Origin: an uncultured delta proteobacterium | GTDB lineage: Bacteria; Desulfobacterota; Binatia; Binatales; Binataceae | Direction of reading: 5' to 3' | NCBI GenBank assembly: GCA_963711565.1 | Contig: CAVQEQ010000003.1 | Coordinates: 1,280,001-1,344,000, forward strand | Length of the DNA: 64,000 nucleotides | In this document: positions 1 to 8,300 of the stretch, piece after piece | Layout: each line of letters starts with the position of its first letter | Numbering within the stretch: position 1 is the first letter of the stretch | Notes under the pieces: model-generated | Database searches by the model: none | The model's input: the letters and a program-made list of their open reading frames with translations, nothing else | What the model was told of the DNA's origin: nothing | Position numbers and translations under genes: made by a program

Positions 1-488
1 GTGCCGTGTAGCGCGTTGTACAGTTGAGCGGCATATTCCATCGCCTCGCTATCAAGGGGATTCGCCTTCACTGTCACGGAATACGCTTTGTGGTTGGACA
101 GAAGCTCACGAAGTTGGTCTGCCTGCTTGTCCGTTAAAGACCTCGGCAGAACGTACTGAGTAACGGCGGTTTGAATCGTCATAATTTGGGAAATCGTATG
201 TCCTACGAATATCGATATGGTCGCGGATGCTAGAACTAGGAATAACGTGCGAAGCGGAACGCCAGGCAACTTCGGAATTTTGGTTGTTCGCAGGAAGTTC
301 ACGTTCGCACGGTCCCTGACCAGCACGACTAAGCCAAGAAAGCCCGAAACAAGTTCAAATAGTCCCCAACCGAGATTCTGAAATACGATAAACGAGCCCG
401 TTGCGAACATTGACCCAAAGATCGTGAGCAGTACCCAAAACAATCGATCCTGCGGCAACTCTCCTCTTTCGGGTCTCTCAGGTTCCAT
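1..488 (-). CDS. Hypothetical membrane protein, 3' end runs off the window
   Basis: Manual translation from ATG 488: MEPERPERGELPQDRLFWVLLTIFGSMFATGSFIVFQNLGWGLFELVSGFLGLVVLVRD...LFLVLASATISIFVGH... The frame is open to base 1, has about three hydrophobic segments, and the DNA is visibly more AT-rich than the core genes. It is absent from the ORF track because its stop is outside the window. Confidence 0.65.
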   Translation of the reverse strand, partial: MEPERPERGELPQDRLFWVLLTIFGSMFATGSFIVFQNLGWGLFELVSGFLGLVVLVRDRANVNFLRTTKIPKLPGVPLRTLFLVLASATISIFVGHTISQIMTIQTAVTQYVLPRSLTDKQADQLRELLSNHKAYSVTVKANPLDSEAMEYAAQLYNALHG

Positions 489-631
489 GAGGTCGCATCG
501 TAGTGCGCTTGACGGCAGACCGCCATCTGCGGGAATTGTCGGTATGAGTTCCGGCTATAAGAGCGGCGCTGGAAGCTCTGCGCCGACCTTCGGAGCGGAG
601 GCGGAATCTTGAATCGCGCGCTGTGAGCGGA

Positions 632-900
632 CCCTCACCCTTCGGCGGGCTCAGGGCGGGCTCTTCGATCCTCTCCCTGGCGGAGAGAGGGGATACGAAG
701 CACAGGAGCCGATCGACGACGAAGCACGCTTGCAGCTTGAATCGCGGAACCCTCACCTACCGGCCGCGATGCGGCCGGCCGCCTCTCCCGTGCAAAGCTC
801 CCCCTCACCCGCGCCGGAAGGCGCGACCTCTCCCGCAACTAAGCGGGCGAGGCGGGTAATCGGTGGCGCGGAACGCGACACCCTAACTGGGGCGAGGTAA
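632..900. repeat. Cluster of REP-like palindromic elements, family 1 (CCCTCACC-hairpin-CTCTCCC-hairpin-GGG[AC]GAGG)
   Basis: Related units at about 632-692, 749-790 and 803-852, plus a partial end GGGCGAGGTAA at 890-900. Each has internal GC-rich inverted repeats. Confidence 0.7.
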
Positions 901-925
901 GAAAGGAGCGAGCGCGCTGGCGCGC

Positions 926-954
926 GAGATCCTTCGCTGCGCTCAGGATGACAC
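926..954. repeat. REP-like element, family 2 (GTCATCCTGAGCGCAGCGAAGGATCTC on the minus strand)
   Basis: gagatccttcgctgcgctcaggatgacac closely resembles the two copies at 61210-61241 and 61366-61397. Confidence 0.7.
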
Positions 955-1021
955 GAAAAAACCTCCAAACAGGGACGAAGTAATTCCCGGCACCGCCCAC
1001 GAAACGTGAGAGCGAAATGGC

Positions 1022-1108
1022 GTCCTCGACATTTTGCGATTTCTTTTCACTGGGTGCAGGGGTCACCCCTGCCCAGGGAGGTGCGGAACCCATGGTGGGT
1101 TCTGCATT
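1022..1108. repeat. Dispersed two-hairpin repeat, family 3, copy 1
   Basis: The core tgggtgcaggggtcacccctgcccagggaggtgcggaacccatggtgggttctgcatt is the reverse complement of 4791-4848 with 2 mismatches. Similarity extends to atcgc.aaatgtcgaggac. Confidence 0.85.
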
Positions 1109-1249
1109 TGATTGAGTAAGCTCAGCTTCCCGTTCCTTCCCCCCTGCGTTCGGGGGGCGGCGGGGGGTAGAATCTGTACATCGGACGTGGAGTTATCTAA
1201 GGTTCGGGGCGTTGCGGTTCGCAGCGATTGCAATTGGAGGATTCGAGCG

Positions 1250-2254
1250 GTGGCGATAAAAGTCGGGATTAACGGATTCGGCCGGATCGGCAGGATGTTT
1301 CTGCGCGCGGCGCTGACCAAGAAAGACCTCGAGGTCGTCGCCGTCAACGACATCACCGACGCGCCGACGCTCGCGCATCTGCTCAAGTACGATTCTATCC
1401 ACGGCACGCTCCGCCACGAGGTCAAAGCCGAGGGCGGGTTCATCTACCTCGACGGCAAGCCGCTGCAGGTGATCGCCGAGCGCGACCCCGCCAAGTTGCC
1501 ATGGAGCAAACTCGGCGTGCAGGTCGTTATCGAATCGACGGGGCTGTTCACGGCGCGCGACAAGGCCGCGATGCATCTGGCGGCGGGCGCGAAGAAAGTC
1601 GTGATCAGCGCGCCCGCCGACGGCGCCGACGTCACGCTATGCCTCGGCGTCAACCATCATGTGTACGACTCGAAGAAGCACGACGTGATCTCGAACGCGT
1701 CATGCACCACCAACTGCCTCGCGCCGATCGGCAAAGTCCTGCACGAGAGTTTCGGCGTGGCGCACGGCCTGATGACGACGGTGCACAGCTACACCTCGGA
1801 CCAGATGCTGCAGGACGGGCCGCATAAGGATCTCAGACGCGCGCGCGCCGCGGGAGTCTCGATGATTCCGACTTCGACTGGAGCGGCGAAGGCGATCGGC
1901 CTCGTGCTGCCCGCGCTCAACGGCAAGCTCGACGGAATCGCGATTCGGGTGCCGACCTCGAACGTCTCGATCGTCGATCTGACGGTCACAGTTGAAAAGG
2001 ACGCCGAGGTGAAGTCGGTCAACGCGGCGATGAAGGCGGCGGCGGATGGCGCGCTCAAGGGGATCCTCGAATACAGCGAGGCGCCGCTGGTGTCGGTCGA
2101 TCTCAACGGCAATCCGCATTCGTCGATTTTCGACGCGCCGCTGACCAAGGTCGTGGGCAAGCGGATGGTGAAAGTATTTTCGTGGTACGACAACGAATGG
2201 GGCTACTCGAACCGCCTCGCGGATATCGCCGCGTTCGTCGCCGACCAGCTGTAG
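1250..2254 (+). CDS. gap: Type I glyceraldehyde-3-phosphate dehydrogenase
   Basis: GINGFGRIGR, catalytic ASCTTNCLAP, and WYDNEWGYSNR. GTG start at 1250 follows a GGGAGG RBS. Confidence 0.98.
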   Translation: MAIKVGINGFGRIGRMFLRAALTKKDLEVVAVNDITDAPTLAHLLKYDSIHGTLRHEVKAEGGFIYLDGKPLQVIAERDPAKLPWSKLGVQVVIESTGLFTARDKAAMHLAAGAKKVVISAPADGADVTLCLGVNHHVYDSKKHDVISNASCTTNCLAPIGKVLHESFGVAHGLMTTVHSYTSDQMLQDGPHKDLRRARAAGVSMIPTSTGAAKAIGLVLPALNGKLDGIAIRVPTSNVSIVDLTVTVEKDAEVKSVNAAMKAAADGALKGILEYSEAPLVSVDLNGNPHSSIFDAPLTKVVGKRMVKVFSWYDNEWGYSNRLADIAAFVADQL

Positions 2255-2266
2255 CGCGAATCCGCG

Positions 2267-3442
2267 ATGCCGGTAGTACCGATCACGCGCCTTCAGTTCC
2301 AGGACAAGAAGGTACTCGTGCGATGCGATTTCAACGTGCCGATCGCCGAGGGCAAAATCCAGGACCCGGCGCGAATCGACGCGAGTCTCGACACGATTCG
2401 TTATATCCTCGAACACGGCGGCACGGCGGTGTTGTGCTCGCATCTCGGGCGTCCCAAGGAGCGCAGTGCGGAGCTGAGTCTCAAGCCGGTCGCCGAGTAC
2501 CTGACCAATGCGCTCGGGCAGAAGGTAAGGCTCGCGCCCGATTGTGTCGGCGATCATACCGGCAAGATGATCGAAGCGCTCAAGCCGGGCGAGGCGATCC
2601 TGCTCGAGAATCTGCGCTTCCACAAAGAAGAGGAGGCCAACGATCGCGACTTCTCGCACGAGCTCGCGCGCCACAAGCAGGTCTTTGTGAACGACGGCTT
2701 CGGCACGGCGCATCGCGCGCACGCCTCGACGGTGGGAGTCACGCGCTTCCTCGCGGAGCGCGCGGCGGGATTCCTGATGATGCGCGAACTGGAGGCACTC
2801 AGGAAGGTCACCGAGAATCCGCAGCGGCCGTCGATCGCGATCATGGGCGGCGCGAAAGTCTCCGACAAAATCGGGCTGATCAAAAATCTGCTCAACAAAG
2901 TCGATTCGATCCTGATTGGCGGCGCGATGGCGTACACGTTCCTCAAGGCGCGGGGTATCGCGATCGGCAAGTCGCGGGTCGAGGACGACAAGCTCGAGCT
3001 GGCGAAGGAATTGATCGCGGAGGCCGCGCGCAAAGGCGTGAAAATCATCCTGCCGTCCGATCATATCGTCGCGGGCGCTCCTGAAGCCGGCGCGACGCCT
3101 CATACGGTCACTGAAATTCCGTCCGAGATGATAGGCCTCGATATCGGACCGCAAACCGCGGCCGCGTTTATCGCGGAAATCGCGCGCGCCCGGACCGTCA
3201 TCTGGAACGGCCCGCTTGGGTTCTTCGAAATCCCGGCATTCGCAGGCGGCACGATGCGCGTGGGCGAGGCGCTCGCCAACCAGGCGGGCGTCATCTCGAT
3301 AATCGGCGGGGGAGACACGGCGGCGGCGCTCGCGCATGCGCCGTGGGCCGACAAGTTCACGCACATCTCGACCGGAGGCGGCGCGACGCTGGAATTCCTG
3401 GAAGGCCGCGAGCTGCCGGGCGTGAAGTCGCTCGAAGTGTGA
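2267..3442 (+). CDS. pgk: Phosphoglycerate kinase
   Basis: RCDFNVP, SHLGRP, LLENLRF, GTAHRAHAS, GGAKVSDK and STGGGA motifs. Confidence 0.98.
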   Translation: MPVVPITRLQFQDKKVLVRCDFNVPIAEGKIQDPARIDASLDTIRYILEHGGTAVLCSHLGRPKERSAELSLKPVAEYLTNALGQKVRLAPDCVGDHTGKMIEALKPGEAILLENLRFHKEEEANDRDFSHELARHKQVFVNDGFGTAHRAHASTVGVTRFLAERAAGFLMMRELEALRKVTENPQRPSIAIMGGAKVSDKIGLIKNLLNKVDSILIGGAMAYTFLKARGIAIGKSRVEDDKLELAKELIAEAARKGVKIILPSDHIVAGAPEAGATPHTVTEIPSEMIGLDIGPQTAAAFIAEIARARTVIWNGPLGFFEIPAFAGGTMRVGEALANQAGVISIIGGGDTAAALAHAPWADKFTHISTGGGATLEFLEGRELPGVKSLEV

Positions 3443-3443
3443 C

Positions 3444-4217
3444 ATGCGCAAGAAATTAATTGCCGCGAACTGGAAGATGCATCTGCTGCCGATCGGCGCT
3501 CGCGCTCTCGTCGCCGGAATCCGCGAAGCGATCGATCCGGTCGCGGCGACGCTGGCGAAGGATCGCGAGGTGATGGTCGCGCCGCCCGCTATTCTTATCC
3601 CGGCCGTCGCGCAGGCGCTCGCCGGATCGTCGATCCTGCTCGGCGCGCAGAATATGCACTTCGAGGACAAAGGCGCGTTCACCGGCGAAGTCGCGCCGCC
3701 GATGCTGCAAGCGTACGGCGTCACGCACGTCATCGTCGGGCATTCGGAGCGTCGCCACATTTTCCTTGAGACTGACGAACTGATTAACAAGAAGGTGATC
3801 GCCGCGTTGCAGCATCGGATGACCCCGATTCTGTGCGTCGGCGAAACGCAGGACGAGCACGACGGCGGGCGCGCGCTTAACGTCGTCCTGCGCCAGTTGC
3901 AGCGCGGGCTGGAGAACGTCGGCGACGAGCATGTGACGTCGGTGGCGATTGCCTACGAGCCGGTGTGGGCTATTGGCACCGGGCGCACGGCGACGCCCGA
4001 GCAGGCCGAATCGATCCATGGCGCGATCCGCGGCGCGATCCTCGAACGTTACGGGCGCGGGCGCGCCGATGCGGTGCGGATTATCTACGGCGGCAGCGTC
4101 AACGACGAGAATGTTGACTCGCTCGTGTCCAAGCCCGATATTGACGGGGCTCTGGTCGGCGGGGCAAGCTTGAAGGCTGACTCGTTCGCGCGCATCGTCA
4201 GGGCGCGGACCTGCTGA
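3444..4217 (+). CDS. tpiA: Triosephosphate isomerase
   Basis: ANWKM, GHSERR, AYEPVWAIGTG, YGGSV and LVGGASL motifs. Confidence 0.98.
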   Translation: MRKKLIAANWKMHLLPIGARALVAGIREAIDPVAATLAKDREVMVAPPAILIPAVAQALAGSSILLGAQNMHFEDKGAFTGEVAPPMLQAYGVTHVIVGHSERRHIFLETDELINKKVIAALQHRMTPILCVGETQDEHDGGRALNVVLRQLQRGLENVGDEHVTSVAIAYEPVWAIGTGRTATPEQAESIHGAIRGAILERYGRGRADAVRIIYGGSVNDENVDSLVSKPDIDGALVGGASLKADSFARIVRARTC

Positions 4218-4227
4218 AGAAGACAAA

Positions 4228-4614
4228 ATGGTTTCAATAGTCGTTTCGATTCATGTGATCGTGTGCGTTGCGATGTGCGTCATAATCCTGCTGCAGCAGG
4301 GCAAGGGCGCGGAGGTCGGGGCCGTGTTCGGCGGCTCGAGCCAGACGGTGTTCGGCGCCAGCGGCGCGGGCAACGCGCTGACCAAGACGACGTGGGCGTT
4401 CGCGATTATTTTCTTCTCGACCTCGATCTTCCTGGCGCTGTCGTCGGCGCGGCGCGTGACCGGCAGTATCTTCGATCATCCGTTTACGTCGGCGCCGGTG
4501 TCGAGCGTGATGCCGCCGGCGTCGAAGGCGGCGCCCAAGAGTGCGAATCCCGCGGCGCCCGCCCCGGCAGCTCACAATCCGGCCGGCGCGGCGACGCCGG
4601 CGTCGGCGAAGTAG
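4228..4614 (+). CDS. secG: Preprotein translocase subunit SecG
   Basis: Two TM segments with LLQQGKGA...FGG linker, in the usual position between tpiA and tRNA-Leu. Confidence 0.95.
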   Translation: MVSIVVSIHVIVCVAMCVIILLQQGKGAEVGAVFGGSSQTVFGASGAGNALTKTTWAFAIIFFSTSIFLALSSARRVTGSIFDHPFTSAPVSSVMPPASKAAPKSANPAAPAPAAHNPAGAATPASAK

Positions 4615-4684
4615 TCGAGTTTCCGCTGATGCGCCGGAGCGCTTAGACCCTCGACCTGACTCCGGCAAGCATGCACGACGCGAT

Positions 4685-4770
4685 GCGCGGGTGGTGGAAT
4701 GGCAGACACGCCAGTTTGAGGGGCTGGTGGTAGCAATACCGTGCGGGTTCAAGTCCCGCTCCGCGCACCA
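4685..4770 (+). tRNA. tRNA-Leu(GAG)
   Basis: Acceptor stem gcgcggg/tccgcgc plus ACCA, D-arm tggtggaatggcagacac, anticodon arm ccagt-ttGAGgg-gctgg, long variable arm, T-loop GGTTCAAGTCC. Confidence 0.97.
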
Positions 4771-4790
4771 ATCGAAAATCCGCTTTATTC

Positions 4791-4873
4791 AATGCGGAAC
4801 CCACCGTGGGTTCCGCACCTCCCTGGGCAGGGGTGACCCCTGCACCCAATGAGAATCGCGAAATGTCGAGGAC
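4791..4873. repeat. Dispersed two-hairpin repeat, family 3, copy 2
   Basis: Hairpins gcggaacccac/gtgggttccgc and gcagggg-tga-cccctgc. Inverted copy of 1022-1108, starting about 20 nt after the tRNA. Confidence 0.85.
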
Positions 4874-4990
4874 AACCTTTCGCTCTCAGGCTCTGTTCCT
4901 TGTCTCATTCGGTGCGAAACGAGGAATCCCGCCTCATCGAAGGTGCAGCCCGCGATGGGTCTCACGCTCGCCTGCAAGGAAGCGCACCAT

Positions 4991-5082
4991 CCGGTCCCCC
5001 CTTCCGCGCGGGAAGCGGAACGACTCCTAAAATCCGGCCCCTTTTCCCCGCGCAGGCCCGAAAAAGAGGTTAGGGGTGAGGT
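4991..5082. repeat. Degenerate family 1-like REP elements
   Basis: ccccttccgcgcgggaagcgg and cccttttccccg...gaaaaagaggttaggggtgaggt, whose end is the reverse complement of CCTCACCCCTAACCTC. Confidence 0.45.
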
Positions 5083-5296
5083 TCCGCGCGCGCATTGCGC
5101 GCACTCTCTCATCCTGACGCAGCGAGTACCGCGAGCGGATGGAAGCCACGTTGCGAACAACCAGCTGTAGCCCACAGATTCACGTCGCCGGTAAAGATTT
5201 CATACAAAAGTGACTTTTTGCGCGCGTTCGCTTTACCGAGCCTTAGTCTTCTGCTAAGCACATGACTCGTTGTTAGCGACTTCAACGGGGGAAACG

Positions 5297-8149
5297 ATGC
5301 GTGAAGGTCATTTCGGCGGAAGATCTCGCTTGCGCAGCCTTCTGGCATTCTTGTCTCTTGCTTCGTTAGCGTCGCTTGGGATCGCATCTCCTTCCGCCCG
5401 CGCCACCACTTACACCCAGTCAGTTGTCTATTCGTTCTGCAGTCAGGGCGGTACCAACTGCACCGACGGCGCCCTCCCTGCCGCCAGCCTGGTGCAAGCG
5501 CTCGACGGCAATTTCTATGGCACAACACTGGCCGGAGGTGCCGTCGGTCCGATAACCGGTGGCGCCGGCACTGTTTTCCAGGTAACCCCTTCCGGCACCC
5601 GTACCACGCTCTACACTTTTTGCAGCCAGGGCGGAACGAGCTGCACGGACGGCACGGTCCCCAGGGTTCTGATCGAAGGTCCGGACGGCAACTTCTACGG
5701 CACCACGGAAGAAGGCGGTACGAATGCATCCGGGACGGTTTTCAGAATCACTTCCACAGGTACTCTGACGACCCTTTATAATTTCTGCAGCGTTGGCGGC
5801 AGTTCATGCACAGACGGCATCGACCCCCTCGGCGGCTTGACGCTCGGCAGTGACGGCAACTTCTACGGCACCACTGAACGAGGCGGCAGCAACGGGGGCG
5901 GCACGATCTACATGCTCACCTCATCCGGCGTCCTTTCGACCCTGTACAATTTCTGCAGTCAGGGCGGCGCCAGTTGCACCGACGGCGAGAATCCTTATGC
6001 GACCCTCGTCCAGGGCAGCGACGGCTATTTCTACGGCACCACCTACGCAGGTGGCGCCGATAGCGAAGGCACCGTCTTCAAGATGTCCCCCTCGCCATCT
6101 TTCACGTTTACGTCCCTGTATAGCTTCTGCAGCCTGGGCGGATCCGCCTGCACCGACGGCAAGAATCCTCAAGGCGTCGCAGGACTCGTCGAGGGCACCG
6201 ACGAGAACTTCTACGGTACTACTGAGGCCGGAGGCACCAGCACCACAGTTTCAGCCGGCACCTTTTTCAAGATCACCTCGTCAGGGAGCCTCACGACGCT
6301 GTACAGCTTTTGCAGTATCGGCAGCAGGTGCGCCGACGGCGCCGAGCCAATGGGTGTGATTGAGGGCACCGATCTGAACTTTTACGGAACAACTGCCCTC
6401 TTCGGTAGTGCAATCGGTACTGCCTTTTCGGTCTCCGCCTCCGGAAGTTTGACTACGATCTACAACTTCTGCAGCCGCGAGCAGAACTCCATACCTTGCA
6501 CCGATGGCGGCATGCCTGAGGCCGCACTGATACAGGGCAGCGACGGCAACTTCTACGGCGACACGAATGCGGGAGGAAACGGAGATCCGGCGGCAAATTC
6601 CGGAGCGAGCGGAGGTGTAGCATTCAAACTGGCTGCGTCAGCCACGCTCGCCGCGCCGATCCAGTTGTCACTCTCCAACTCGCAAATTGCGCCGGGCAAT
6701 CCGGTTACGCTCTCCTGGAATGTGTTCCCCGCGCTCTCTACCACGCAGCAACAGTGCTACGCGTTCGTGCAAGGCGGCGCGACCGGGGCGGGAACATGGA
6801 CCGGCCAGCAGATCGGCACGCTATCGGCCGCAACCTATTCCGGTTCTGCGTCGATCACGCCGACTGCTAATGGAACCTATACCTATGCGCTGACTTGCGG
6901 CGGCACCGAGTCGGGCTTCGCGACCCTTACCGTAGCATCCGCCACGCCGACTCCTACAGCCACCGTGACTGCCACCGCAACTCCGGCCGCCACTGCAACC
7001 TTTACCGCAACCGCGACTCCGACTGCCACAGCTACGGCGACAGCGACCGCCACTGCAACTGCCACGCCGACCGCAACAGCCACTGCGACTGTCACGTCAA
7101 CTGCGACGGCCACTGCGACAGCCACGGCGACCGCCACTGCCACGCCGACCGTAACCGCTACCGCAACGCCGACGGCGACGCCGACTACCTCGATGACCGT
7201 GACTGCTTCGCTTCCCTTCGGCAATGTTGCGGACGGACAGACGGTGACGAAGAATCTGACCGTCCATAACACCGGCAGGACCAATTCGCTGGTCATCTCG
7301 AGCGCGACCCCGTCCGACCCTGAGTATGCCCTCAGCGGTACCGGGACGTGCGGCGCGATTCCGGTCACGGTCGCGCCCGCGACATCGTGCACATTCGGAG
7401 TTTCGTTCACGCCGAATGCGACCGGCGCGCACCCTGCATCCCTGACGTTATCCGACAACGCCGCCACCAGTCCGCAGCATGTGAGCCTCACCAGCACCGG
7501 CATCGTCGATCTGACAACCTCGAAGAGCAGCCTGGTATTCGGCGACGTGAAGTTCGGCGCCAAGGGCACCAAGTCATTCACTGTGACCAATCATCAAACC
7601 CAGCCAGTGAGCCTCAGTGAAAGTCTCAGCGACGCCAACGCCTCTGACTTCTCGATGAGCGGCACCTGCACGGGCACGCTCGCCGCCAAGACGGCCTGTA
7701 CGACTACAGTGACCTTCGTGCCGGGGGCGCTGGGAGCGGAATCGGCGACACTGACGGTCAGCGACAGTCCCGATCCGCTAAGTCCGTACATGGTCGCGCT
7801 CACGACCGGCCCGACGATCCCGGCGACGATCACACCGGTCACGCTCGCGTACGGCACGCTGACGGCCCGGACATCGCCGAAGACCAAGGACGTTACTGTA
7901 ACCAACAAGTCGGCATTTTCCCTGCCCGTCAGCGAGAGCATCGTCAGCAGCGCGAACTCCGGCGACTTTACGGTGACCGGCGGCACCTGCGGCACGATGG
8001 TGTCGGCCAACTCATCATGCACGATAGCGGTGAGGTTCACGCCGACCGGCGGCGGATCGCCGGAGAGCGCAAGCATAGCGGTGACGATCGGCAGCGATCC
8101 GACCAGTCCCCGCAACATTACTCTCACCGGCACCGGCCCCGTGAACTGA
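5297..8149 (+). CDS. Secreted tandem-repeat protein (choice-of-anchor GloVer-type repeats) with Thr/Ala linker and three choice-of-anchor D/ASH-like Ig domains
   Basis: Signal peptide, seven FCS-x4-7-C[TA]DG...DGNFYGTT..GG repeats, an (AT)n/TPT linker, and C-terminal FGNV/FGDV/YGTL...C...C...F[TV]P modules. Confidence 0.85.
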   Translation: MREGHFGGRSRLRSLLAFLSLASLASLGIASPSARATTYTQSVVYSFCSQGGTNCTDGALPAASLVQALDGNFYGTTLAGGAVGPITGGAGTVFQVTPSGTRTTLYTFCSQGGTSCTDGTVPRVLIEGPDGNFYGTTEEGGTNASGTVFRITSTGTLTTLYNFCSVGGSSCTDGIDPLGGLTLGSDGNFYGTTERGGSNGGGTIYMLTSSGVLSTLYNFCSQGGASCTDGENPYATLVQGSDGYFYGTTYAGGADSEGTVFKMSPSPSFTFTSLYSFCSLGGSACTDGKNPQGVAGLVEGTDENFYGTTEAGGTSTTVSAGTFFKITSSGSLTTLYSFCSIGSRCADGAEPMGVIEGTDLNFYGTTALFGSAIGTAFSVSASGSLTTIYNFCSREQNSIPCTDGGMPEAALIQGSDGNFYGDTNAGGNGDPAANSGASGGVAFKLAASATLAAPIQLSLSNSQIAPGNPVTLSWNVFPALSTTQQQCYAFVQGGATGAGTWTGQQIGTLSAATYSGSASITPTANGTYTYALTCGGTESGFATLTVASATPTPTATVTATATPAATATFTATATPTATATATATATATATPTATATATVTSTATATATATATATATPTVTATATPTATPTTSMTVTASLPFGNVADGQTVTKNLTVHNTGRTNSLVISSATPSDPEYALSGTGTCGAIPVTVAPATSCTFGVSFTPNATGAHPASLTLSDNAATSPQHVSLTSTGIVDLTTSKSSLVFGDVKFGAKGTKSFTVTNHQTQPVSLSESLSDANASDFSMSGTCTGTLAAKTACTTTVTFVPGALGAESATLTVSDSPDPLSPYMVALTTGPTIPATITPVTLAYGTLTARTSPKTKDVTVTNKSAFSLPVSESIVSSANSGDFTVTGGTCGTMVSANSSCTIAVRFTPTGGGSPESASIAVTIGSDPTSPRNITLTGTGPVN

Positions 8150-8300
8150 GGCTTCGATTACTGAAGCTGAGCGTCAACAAGTCGCCCCCGTCCATGATGC
8201 TCGCGTGCGGAAAATCATCAGCTAGCCGAAATTTCGCTTGACAAAACCTGGCGCGCCAAGCGGAATTGCTCGGGTGGGGAGAGGCGTGAGTCTGCGGGCG

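Noticed and set aside
478-1093. Short ORFs over the repeat clusters (also 4806-5175, 20961-21268, 58714-58953, 61177-61710)
   Set aside because: They are translations of REP palindromes (GEG, ILSAAKDL and SFRAKRRIP-type peptides) rather than real genes.
1700-3790. 696-aa minus-strand ORF and many similar long antisense ORFs (e.g. 15961-17421, 21273-22898, 33140-34921)
   Set aside because: They are shadow frames of well-supported genes in high-GC DNA and carry no recognisable motifs.
6940-7195. Tandem GCN-ACN repeats (also 9365-9630 and 9960-10180) as a possible CRISPR or VNTR array
   Set aside because: They are degenerate codon repeats encoding Thr/Ala/Pro linkers, with no constant repeat-spacer structure.
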